From the NCBI GenBank assembly GCA_965202585.1, contig OZ241829.1, forward strand, positions 7,316,001-7,380,000: 64,000 nt of DNA. Direction: 5' to 3'. This DNA comes from Thalia democratica (Eukaryota). Made by a program: the position numbers and the translations under genes. Under the pieces are notes generated by a model. The model did no database searches, was not told where the DNA came from, and saw only the letters and a list, made by a program, of their open reading frames with translations. The first letter of the stretch is position 1; the number at the start of each line of letters is the position of its first letter. Positions 1 through 9,340 of this stretch are shown piece by piece.

Positions 1-100
1 CACAGAATCTGAAGTAATACGAGATTTTGTATTACTTCATTCAAATTATAAAACATTACTAAACTTAGTTCAAAATATTTATTATTATATGATAATATAA
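1..100 (+). pseudogene. SPT5: 3' end of SPT5-like KOW4 exon (copy entering from left of window)
   Basis: TESEVIRDFVLLHSNYKTLLNLV...*, same as 13995-14094. Confidence 0.6.
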
Positions 101-1106
101 CATAATAAACTTATTATTTATTTTTTAGTGAATAATAAAACATGTTAGCAAAAGGTGTTTTATAAACTGATAAGCTTTAAAAGCTATCAATACAATTAAC
201 CTTTTCATATTAAAAGCAAATGAAAAAATAAATGATAACTATTGAAAAGTATATTTTTTATCATGTTTCTGACTAATATGACATTATACTAATTCAATAA
301 TGCTGTGAATTCGGACTTATGATGACGTGTTTTGAACTAAACTCTTTTGAAAACCTTTATGTGAGTTGACGTTTGTTTATCAGGTTCACTAATAGTATGT
401 ATGGGGTATGATGATGCAATTTCTTATAACTTAAGTTTTGACATTTATTCTCGTAATATAAACAAACTACTGAGTTAATTTTTTTAGTTTGTTATAGAGT
501 TGTTTTTTATTAAAGATAGTTTATTGAGATAGATTAACAATATTATAATGCTATTAGCTGTTAAAAATTATTTATTTATAAAATAAGTTTAACTTTATTT
601 TTAACATTCTGTTAAGTTAACAATATTTTTATAAAAAGTTTTTTTTAAATAGACAATTTATGTTTCAATCCATTTTGACAAGTATCATAAAAAGGAAATA
701 ACTAGGATATTTTACTGTTTGTCAGTTCAGACCCTTCAATTAATTTTTGAATAACTTGAACTTTATTACAATATCAGCAAAAATTATGACATTTTCAAAA
801 GTCTTAATTAGTTACTACAAACCATCTGTTTTATTAGTTGAAAATTGAAATTTACCGTAAAATATTACAACTCACTTTATTGTTCTTATTATTATTATTA
901 TATCAAGGTTTTATATATAAGTAAATGATAAAAATTTTAGGAAGTCAAAGTGCAAAATAAATAGTAGTGTTAAGATATTGAAAAAAAAAAAAAGCAAATG
1001 AATTACTATTTTTATTGAGGTTATTTTTAAAGTAATTAAAAATCCAAACATTCTACTTTTTTAACAGCTTTAAAAATTTAGATCAGATAAAATAACTAAT
1101 AATTGT

Positions 1107-1830
1107 TTAGATAAGTTCTTCCAGTTTCACTCTTGTTACTGGATCTGGATTTAGCATGCGAACAATCAATTCAAACAAATCCTTTTCTCCAGCGTCGTTC
1201 TTATCAAAATAAGACTCTATCTTCTTAACTTCGCCTTTTATGTATACAAACTCTGGCTCTTTCAAAAAATCTATTTCATTTTCATCTATTGACAACTTTT
1301 GACCAACCTTCTTCTTTTTATCATCTTCGGTCAATTTCAAGTTTATCCTCTTGATTTCATGTTCAGTAAATGGAGCAATCATCAAGTGGTTCATCCTGAA
1401 AAGTTCCTGAACAGTATCCACCTTGAAAAGTAATTTTCCTGTAAAAAGTTCGAACAAAGTGCAGCCGATCGACCAAACATCGCATGGATACCCGATCTGT
1501 TTAAATAAAACTAATGTTAAATTTATAAGTTTAATTACAAGGCAAAACATACAAGTACTTGGTTTATAAGAATATACTTCTTTTGAAGATAATGGCTTAC
1601 TCTTTTAAAGATATTTATTTATAAGAAGTTGCTTGTTTAAGTAAAGTAGTTTACTTACTGAGTAATCTACTTAAACAACCTTGTGGCCCATTATGACGTC
1701 AGGAGCGCGGTACTGAAGTGTTGTTATGACGTCAAAGTTGAATTCTTCCTCCCAGTACACAGAGCCAAGGTCGCACAATTTGATGTCAGGCTTCATGTAA
1801 AAATCATTTTTCCACTGGTGGTAGTAATAC
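1107..1830 (-). CDS. CMGC (CLK/LAMMER-DYRK-like) protein kinase, C-lobe exons 1830-1680 and 1496-1107, copy 1
   Basis: Exon 1830-1680 reads YYYHQWKNDFYMKPDIKLCDLGSVYWEEEFNFDVITTLQYRAPDVIMGHK (DFG-equivalent DLG, YRAPE-equivalent YRAPD). A GT..AG intron (1679-1497) joins it in frame to IGYPCDVWSIGCTLFELFTG...LIVRMLNPDPVTRVKLEELI*. This matches CLK subdomains VII-XI. The gene may be a pseudogene because the upstream exons are disrupted. Confidence 0.85.
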
Positions 1831-1953
1831 CTGTTTAACAAAAATGTAAATAAACTACATATTATTTAATCATTAACATTTGAATATTAATAAAGATCTG
1901 TATAGTTTAAAATAGAATAACAAATATTTCTTTAGTAAGACGTATAATGGCAT

Positions 1954-2490
1954 TGAAATTTGAGTTAAATTACAAACGATATTAATTAAAACTGCTTAAA
2001 GCACGTTTTTTAATAAAATTATACTGTTCACTATAAATATAAAGTTTCATTTAGACCTCAAGTTAAACGAACTATGAGTTACCCCATAATCGAGTATCAC
2101 AAAATATACTTGAAATTTAAGTTAAATTACAAACGATATTAATTAAAACTGCTTAAAGCACGTTTTTTAATAAAATTATACTGTTCATTATAAATATAAA
2201 GTTTAAATTAGACCTCAAATTAAACGAACTATGAGTTACCCCATAATCGAGTATCACAAAATATACTTGAAATTTAAGTTAAATTACAAACGATATTAAT
2301 TAAAACTGCTTAAAGCACGTTTTTTAATAAAATTATACTGTTCATTATAAATATAAAGTTTAAATTAGACCTCAAATTAAACAAACTATGAGTTACCCCA
2401 TAATCGAGTATCACAAAATATACTTGAAATTTAAGTTAAATTACAAACGAGATTAATTAAAACTGCTTAAAGCACGTTTTTTAATAAAAT
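1954..2490. repeat. 157-bp tandem array, 3 monomers + 65-bp partial
   Basis: tgaaattt.agttaaatt starts at 1954, 2111, 2268 and 2425 (period 157). Confidence 0.97.
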
Positions 2491-2692
2491 ACAAATAGAG
2501 ACCTTATAAGACCAACCAAGCACCTTCTACGACAAATATCGCTCCTACAAAGTACTTGGCTAGTACTGATTTAACTGCTTCTAGAAAAAATAGTACTTCC
2601 ATCGTTTTTGGTCCTACACGTGGTTATGATCCACCTGGTTCGAGATTTCTCGGAAGTCACCTTCAAAAAAAACCCACACCAGTAATTACAAC

Positions 2693-3052
2693 TTGCTTAT
2701 GCTCGATTTCAATCGCGTAAACTCCACATTAAGCAGGGTCATAAGAAATCAGCAGTCAGATCACACGCTGTTGGAAGAACTTAAGCAGCAAATAGACCGT
2801 AACCTCAAAACGTATGAAAGTCGCTTTGATTCGCTTGATCAAAGTGCAGCTGATAATCAAAACCGTTTTGATAACATTGTCAAGCGCTTTGACTATTTTG
2901 ATAAACTTCATGATGATGCAAAAGGCGAAAGAAGGCAAAGGTGCGCAACCATTGCAAGTGTGTTACAAGTCGTTTTTCTAATTGCAATAATTGTGTTATT
3001 GTCTGTACAGTTGTACTACATTAATCAGCTCTTCTCAAGTTTCTCTGAATAA
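2693..3052 (+). CDS. Coiled-coil protein segment with C-terminal transmembrane helix (tail-anchored type), probably the 3' part of a spliced gene, copy 1
   Basis: 119-codon ORF in a GC-richer island. Heptad-like LEELKQQIDRNLK, RFDSLD..RFDNIVKRFDYFD repeats, then hydrophobic IASVLQVVFLIAIIVLLSVQLYYI and a short tail. Preceded by a Pro/Ser/Thr-rich open frame (2501-2720) in a different frame. Confidence 0.55.
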   Translation: MLMLDFNRVNSTLSRVIRNQQSDHTLLEELKQQIDRNLKTYESRFDSLDQSAADNQNRFDNIVKRFDYFDKLHDDAKGERRQRCATIASVLQVVFLIAIIVLLSVQLYYINQLFSSFSE

Positions 3053-3450
3053 CTTTTATAAATTAATTTCAGACTTCAGACTTGTGATCACCTTCTTTTT
3101 CAGTGTCACTTTTATCAGATCTTTTTTTTTATACTCTTTTGATTTATTGTCAATTTTTACCGCCTTAGCTGTTAATTCAGTTATTCGTTTTTAATAAATA
3201 TTTATAAAATTAACTTTGTTATATTATTTATTATAATTAGTTTAAAAGATAAATAGTATCAGCATTATATATACTAACTATAAAACAAGAAAATAGTTCA
3301 CAAAAAAAATAGAAATGAAGAAAAGTAACCTACCTTTTAGGAGCTGTAACATAGATGCTAATTAAAGTAAAAATTCTTAGTTATTGAAAATAGTTAAACT
3401 AAAAAAATAAGATTAAAAAAGTCAACGAAATTTTGTTAGTTAAAAAGTTT

Positions 3451-3519
3451 TGCAGTGCGGACTCGAACTCGGGTCTCTGGATTGGAAGGCACCGGTGGTG
3501 ACCTCTCCGCCATGATTCC
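3451..3519 (-). other. tRNA-derived (Gly-TCC-like) head: SINE-like element or tRNA pseudogene (also 19312, 34093, 44874, 59672)
   Basis: Minus strand carries an A box TGGCGGAGAGG, a tgccTTCCAa anticodon-loop-like segment resembling tRNA-Gly(TCC), and a B box GAGTTCGAGTC. Anticodon and T stems do not pair. Confidence 0.6.
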
Positions 3520-3549
3520 ACTTGGATACTATTACATTTTCGAGTATAC

Positions 3550-4150
3550 ATAACAAAATTATTTTCATAATCGATGTTTTGGCAACTATCAATGAAACTC
3601 GAACCCAAAATATTTTATTGGAATAAGCACAATGGAGTTAATTTGAAGCTGTATCAAAAAGTAGTGTATAAATACAACATTAAACAATTTTTGATGATTT
3701 TTATACCTTTCAAAGACAGTTCACTTGTTAACACACTATTGCACAGTCAGTTAGTTTTACTATTAATCTAATCGCAACCCTTACCGTTGGTCAGTAATTT
3801 TTTTTCTTAACATATTCAAAGAAACTTTTTGGTATCATTGCTCATTTTCCGAAAAAAAAACTGGAAAACTTACAAAAAGTCATAAAAATAACATAAAATC
3901 AAAAATTCCTCAACAAAACTTCATTTGAGTCGTTTCAAAATGTTCACAATCTGTTTGTGTGTAGCCACATTTAAAATAAATCAGCTTAAAACTCCAAGGT
4001 CGCTTTTTTTTGATCCCATTTTGCATTGGCGTGGAAATTAGAAAATCGGTTTGAGGTAAGGTGAAAGTTTCTTCAAATCATTTAAGTCAACACAGAAAAA
4101 TTAACACCAAAGCATAACTTTTTTAACAACTTTTCTAACCATATTTTAGT
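3550..4150 (-). pseudogene. Degenerate N-lobe/catalytic-loop exons of the same kinase (also ~19411-20010, 34192-34790, 44973-45575, 59771-60370)
   Basis: 3648-3550 is a 99-nt AG/GT-bounded exon, FKLTPLCLFQ*NILGSSF..., in register with CLK KLTHTDLKPENIL and phase-compatible with exon 1830. 3950-3785 reads IVNILKRLK*SFVEEFLILCYFYDFL*...RKMSNDTKKLSLNMLRKKIT (cf. CLK1 LLGLSTYDFIK...RKMAYQICKSVNFLHSNKLT). Near 4130 EKLLKKLCFGV is a possible decayed Gly loop. Multiple stops and frameshifts. Confidence 0.5.
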
Positions 4151-4365
4151 TCTTTGTGTTTGTTTTTAATGAAATTAGAACTATTCTATTCAATTTATGT
4201 TTTTTGAATTAAGTTTATTCTATTCGTTGATATTTGTAAATACCTTCTGTTACGGAATTATTGTTTTGAAAACGGAATACTTTTGTACATAGTAAAGTTA
4301 AAGAATAATTTAAGATGCTGACTAATTAAACCTAAAATATTGATAAAATTTTATCAACAAAACTG

Positions 4366-4436
4366 ATTACCACCGGACTCGATCTCGCGACCTTCTGCTC
4401 ACGCATCGGGTCGGCGATCGCTCAACCACACAACCA
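4366..4436 (-). other. Second tRNA-derived head (SINE-like), present in every unit
   Basis: Minus strand reads ggttgtgTGGTT(C/G)AGcgatcg...gaaggtcgcGAGATCGAG(T/A)CCgg. A/B-box spacing is tRNA-like, with partial acceptor pairing (ggtt/aacc in copies 3-5). Confidence 0.5.
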
Positions 4437-6740
4437 CTTGCTTGTTGACTTCAATGCTGGTATATAAAGTTTAAAAACTTTAGATTTAAATAAGTTCATT
4501 TAGTTCTTATTAGTTTACCTTTCTGTAAATTGCTATTATTTTTTTATTTGAAACATATTTACAAAGATAAGACTATTTTTTTTTACACATAACGTTTACG
4601 TGAATTTTAATACTTGAAAGTTTTCCATTCAAAAGCTGCATAAGCAGAGCAAGTGTACTTATTAAAGGCAGTTTTGATTTTTGTTGCTTAAATCTAATTT
4701 AAAAGAACAAAACTGATTAAATGCTTTGATAATAAGAAAAATTCAGCAAAACTTTTTTTTGTACATTTAAAGTATTAAAACTTTATAAATTAAACAAACT
4801 TATCCAGCTTTAATTAGCTATTATGGCAAAACAGATGCAAATATAACCTAACAGTTTATATATTATCGAAAATCAGAACTAAAGCAAAGGAGATATATTT
4901 CAAAATTAAAATCAACATTATAACAGTATTTATATCACAAAGCAAAGTTTTAAAAACATCACAAGCATTTACGTTGTCGTTTTGATATTTTGTTGAACCA
5001 GCCAGTAATGAAAATTATATGGGTATGAATAAAATGTGGTAGAATATCTAAATTTTTAAATCATCAATGCCAGGAATTCTAATTTACCTGCCTGGACTTT
5101 TATGTCAAATAAATTCACGTGGTTGCTTATAATAATGATAAATTTAAGATTATTGATTGTAATGTCTAATTAAGCAGAAGTATAATAAAGAATGTAAGTA
5201 ACTAATTAACTAATTAACTTTCAAACTAATTAACAGCAAATTTATGCTTAGATATAAGACATTAGAAAGCATTGTATATGATACACATAAAAAACCCTGT
5301 AGACCAAAACCTTGGCTTAGATGACACTAAATAATTGTTATTAAAATATAACTAAAAATAAAAACTTAAAATTATAATGGTACTTAGTCGGTGTAACGGT
5401 ATTTGATTTATTTTATCAAAAGTACAGAGCTGGTACCTACCATTGTTTATTTATTTTAACACATACGGTGGTAAATAAAGTTACATATAATGGTTAAATC
5501 TAATAGAGACCTTTAAACTCATAAAGGCTCTAAATGGAATTTTATTTGAACTGTAATTATTACTTAAAAGAAACAGTTTAATGTTTTAAATTTATAGCTA
5601 AATACATATGTTGTTTGTGATATAAAACTAGAAACGATCATGTAAATCATATAAAAATTAGATTCATTTATATACAGCAGTAAAATATTTAAGAGCTAAT
5701 TGCCATATATATTTGTATCTGTTAGTTTAATTAAGATGCACATTATCCAATACATGGACATATAGTTAGTGTTATTCATTACTATATAAGTTGCTTTATT
5801 CAACTTAAAAATATAGAGCAATTAAATAATTTATAAAACATACCATACACATACAACTAAAGTGTAAGTGAAATTTATGCTAAAATAAGTTTAAACTGTA
5901 TAAGACTACAAAGTGATGACGTAATAATAGTAAAAAGGTAAAAATGAAAAATACCACATAATTACTTGAAAAATCGTGGACAAAAACAGTCTGATTTATT
6001 AGAGTCTAATTTAAAAAATGCCTAAACTGTTTTATACAAGTTAAGACGTAAATACTTACTTGTGTAAATGGAAAACTTTAGCGTAGATTTTTCAAAATTT
6101 AAGTTGTTGTGGAGTGACAACGATACTAATTAAAACGAGAAGTTAATGTACTCACTTACTTTGTATAGTTTATCAAGTAACCAACAAAAGATGTTATCAG
6201 ACCTGCTGATCAACAAAGTAATAATAAATATAATGAAAACAGTGGTCCAACTTGAAATAGACATATACCAAATGTTAAATGTAATATAAATTAATTCAAT
6301 GTACCTACTACAGAATGTTACTTAACATATAAGTTTTAGTAGATAATTATAAATGCCATAACAACTAAACAAATGATTAGCTTTGATGTATTACAAACTT
6401 GCCATAACTAACTTTCAATTGACCTTTATACACAAACAAACTAAGATGTAATTTATTTACTAGACATACTAGGTATTTAATACTGTGTAACAATGTAATT
6501 AGTTAAATGACGACAATAAAATGATCCTGATAAATAAAATTACAAAGTAAGTTGAAGTGTTTATTATAGAATAATACCAGGCTGTCTACTACAAATCTGT
6601 AGCGTTTGTAGTACGACACCAAAGATACATACTATAAAACATAAAACTTTACTTGTAATTTATATGTGTTAATATTGAGTTTAAAAGAAAAATAACATAC
6701 CAAAAAATTGTGCGTAACTACTCGTACATCAAACAAAAAA

Positions 6741-7165
6741 CTAATTAGGTGCCGACCAGCATAAGGACGCGGCCTAAAGGACGGCTTTCGTTATTTGTGC
6801 AAAAGTCCCGGGAGCAAGAGCTGCTCCGATAGGAGCAGCTCGCAGCGGAAGGGACTTATGCACAAATAACGAAAGCTGTCCGCCACCACTTTAACTCAAA
6901 ACCGAACTACTTCTTAGAGCTCAGTACCACACTTTTATCTGGTTTGGCTGTCAGGCTTACTAACTGGGCTCCAAGCGTAATTAGGTTTTCAAGAAAAAAT
7001 GGTTGGGAGTAAAAGTGAAAAATTTTTCGCCGGCGGAGCCGGCGAAATGATTAAAAAATGATTTTTTAAATAATCTACCCAAAAATTTTCCAAAAAAAAG
7101 TTTTGATTTGGGGAAATCCCCATTTAAAAAAAAATTTGTGCGGCCTGGCTTAAAAATTAAGTGAC
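6741..7165. mobile_element. Hairpin-rich, GC-rich non-autonomous repeat of unassigned family (also starts 22761, 37542, 48336, 63129)
   Basis: GC-rich island containing a 31-bp inverted repeat (6779-6809/6851-6881) around a 10-bp hairpin, plus ttcgccggc-gga-gccggcgaa (~7026-7046) and tgggga-aa-tcccca (~7108-7121). No ORF. Boundaries approximate. Confidence 0.45.
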
Positions 7166-7598
7166 TACCTTATAGCGTACTCCTTAAACATAACCCTAAC
7201 TTACTACCATATAGTTGTTAACTAAAAAGTGAATGTCTTTTTAGGTGGTAATAGTAGGATTAATCTTAATTTGGAATATTATTAATTTTTCGAAGGTGTT
7301 ATCATTGTAATAATAAATACCTATAACCATAAAATTCGTGTGAGACATGTTAAATAGTCTTTTCTTTTTGGAATGTTTGTTGTGAAGTCTAATAACAGTA
7401 TCCAAAACTTATAACTTAAATTTGAGTACTGCTAACATTTTGATTTGATGTTATGTTAACACAATATCAATCGAAAACTTTTAATAAAATAAATGCTTAT
7501 TGTTGTTATTAGGCTGATTTACAACAAATATTCAAAAAAAAAAAGCCATTTTCACATGTCATTCTATAAAGCCACTGCAAATCATACTTGATCTAGTC

Positions 7599-7737
7599 AG
7601 ATAAGAGTCTGGCTTTTGTCAGCTAGTCACAGTTGCTTATAATAACTCTATAAAACATTAAATGGTTATCAAAGATTTGCTAGCTTTTAAATACACTTCA
7701 TAAACACTACAAGTAACAAACAACCAGACTCTTATCT
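7599..7737. mobile_element. MITE-like element, TIR AGATAAGAGTCTGG (copy a)
   Basis: agataagagtctgg ... ccagactcttatct, a perfect 14-bp inverted pair ~140 bp apart; recurs in every unit. Confidence 0.6.
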
Positions 7738-8180
7738 AATTTAGTTATATTAGCATTATCAATCATTACACTATGCTACATAATTCTAAAATATTTAACA
7801 GGAAAAACAGTGGTTAATCATTTCTTGTTATGTTTTGAACAGTTCAGAGACATAGACATGCTTGTATATTTTTTCAAAGACTAACTATTACTAAATGTTC
7901 AAATACTCTTTGATAAGAATTTCTATGGTGACACTGTCTAATAGTATACCATAAGTTTTTGTTCTACATCATCAAACAGCATTTGTATAATGAAACCAAC
8001 AAAATAATATTTGATTTAATGCTACACATAGTATCAAGCTGAAGATTAAACAAATACTTGTTTTATAATATCACTATTAAAATTCCAAACAAAGACTATT
8101 TTTGAGTACTATTAATACTCCAAAAATTAAGTTTAACACATCAGTACAACATAGCCTTTTTATAAAGATCATACATAGTC

Positions 8181-8344
8181 AGATAAAGGTCTGGTTTTTG
8201 TCAGCTAGTTACATTTAACTTATCATAACTCCATCAACTATAATAACCACTAAATGGTAATCAAAGTAATAATACACTTAAACTTTGAATTTTACTGTTA
8301 ACTATAAACACTAAAAGTGACTGAAACAAACCAGACTCTTATCT
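8181..8344. mobile_element. MITE-like element, same TIR family (copy b)
   Basis: agataaaggtctggttt ... aaaccagactcttatct; internal sequence related to copy a. Confidence 0.6.
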
Positions 8345-8544
8345 AAATTAGTAATATGAACATACAAAAACACTCAACATAAGTCAGTTGATCAAGCTGC
8401 CTTAATGTTGCTTGTGTTCCTACATGTTCACATGTAATAAAGTATATCACTTATACACAAACATTTTACACTATAGTTTTAATTGCTTAGTGGATAAAAA
8501 CATAATAATAAAACATTTACTTTAACCGTTAATAACAATGTGTC

Positions 8545-8769
8545 TCTAAAAGTGTGCAAAGATTTAAAATTAACTGCTTAATTTTAAAGCTTGTAGCATT
8601 CAGAGTTACAACAAACAAAAAAACAGCTTGATTTTTAGCTCTAAAATTGTAATTGAACATTTTACATTGTAATCTTATTACAGAGATTCATAACACATAA
8701 GTTTTGACATATAGAAAAGCTAATGAAGTTTAATAGTAACAGCTTTTAGTTAATTTTGCACACTTTAGA
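8545..8769. mobile_element. Possible old MITE with imperfect TIR (tctaaaagtgtgcaaa / tttgcacactttaga)
   Basis: Imperfect ~16-bp inverted pair ~225 bp apart; no TSD recognised. Confidence 0.35.
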
Positions 8770-8846
8770 AACTCTATAGGATATTTTATAATCTAAAATT
8801 TTCATTGTAATTAATTCATAATTTTATGACTAGCATTTATGAATAC

Positions 8847-9091
8847 CAGGGCTGCCACTCTTCAATTCGAAAACTGTACTCTTTTAACCAAATTTCAGCT
8901 TAATTTGAATAAAATTAGAAGCAGCAAAAGCTGTTAATGTACTTTACTTGATATCAATTGAGTTTGAGCACTAATTTACACTAATGATATTCTATATTTA
9001 CAAAAAAATGACAATATTTAATGAAACAATTAATTTTCAAGTATTTAAAATTGAGAAAGCACTACTAAAAAAATAAGTTTTGGCAGCCCTG
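8847..9091. mobile_element. 245-bp hAT-like MITE, TIR CAGGGCTGCCA (also 24873-25117, 50448-50692)
   Basis: Perfect 11-bp TIR cagggctgcca/tggcagccctg, similar to hAT-type termini. The flanking 8-mers (atgaatac/aaaaataa) match only partly. Confidence 0.6.
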
Positions 9092-9340
9092 AAAAATAAT
9101 CTTATATGAAATTTATTATCTTAACATTAACTATTTTGTATAACATATAAAGCACTTACCTCAGTAAGAGCAGTAAACCAAGAACAGACCTGATATTCAA
9201 ATTGCCACAAGAAGGTTAGTGGCTACAAGGGTTGATATAGATGACTGCTGTAGAAATAGAAATGTCCAATTTGTTTGTGCTTAATAAAAACTTTTCAGTG
9301 CAACTATGATTAAATAGAAACACATGATAACTCATGTAGC

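Noticed and set aside
11-40. Hairpin tgaagtaatac-gagatttt-gtattacttca as a terminator or Helitron end
   Set aside because: An AT-rich 11-bp stem lying inside the SPT5-like KOW4 frame, with no CTRR end; likely incidental.
1497-1550. N-terminal MFCLVIK.. of the 147/149-aa ORF-track kinase
   Set aside because: This is intron read-through. The acceptor is at 1497-1498, the real upstream exon is 1830-1680, and indels between copies fall here.
2664-2675. Programmed -1 frameshift at an A8 run joining the two plus-strand frames
   Set aside because: Only copy 1 has the slippery run; the other copies read caaaaagaaccc.
3451-3519. Functional tRNA-Gly gene
   Set aside because: Acceptor, anticodon and T stems cannot pair; only the A/B boxes and loop are retained.
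2756-3771. Short ORF-track ORFs (60, 67, 69 and 65 aa) as genes
   Set aside because: They are shadows: antisense to the TM ORF, overlapping its T-rich 3' flank, or spanning the tRNA-like head and the decayed kinase exon. No recognisable domain.
6741-6890. Self-cleaving ribozyme (HDV-like or hammerhead)
   Set aside because: GUCCC/GGGAC is part of a simple nested stem with no pseudoknot partner, and there is no CUGANGA/GAAA core. Not tested with covariance models.
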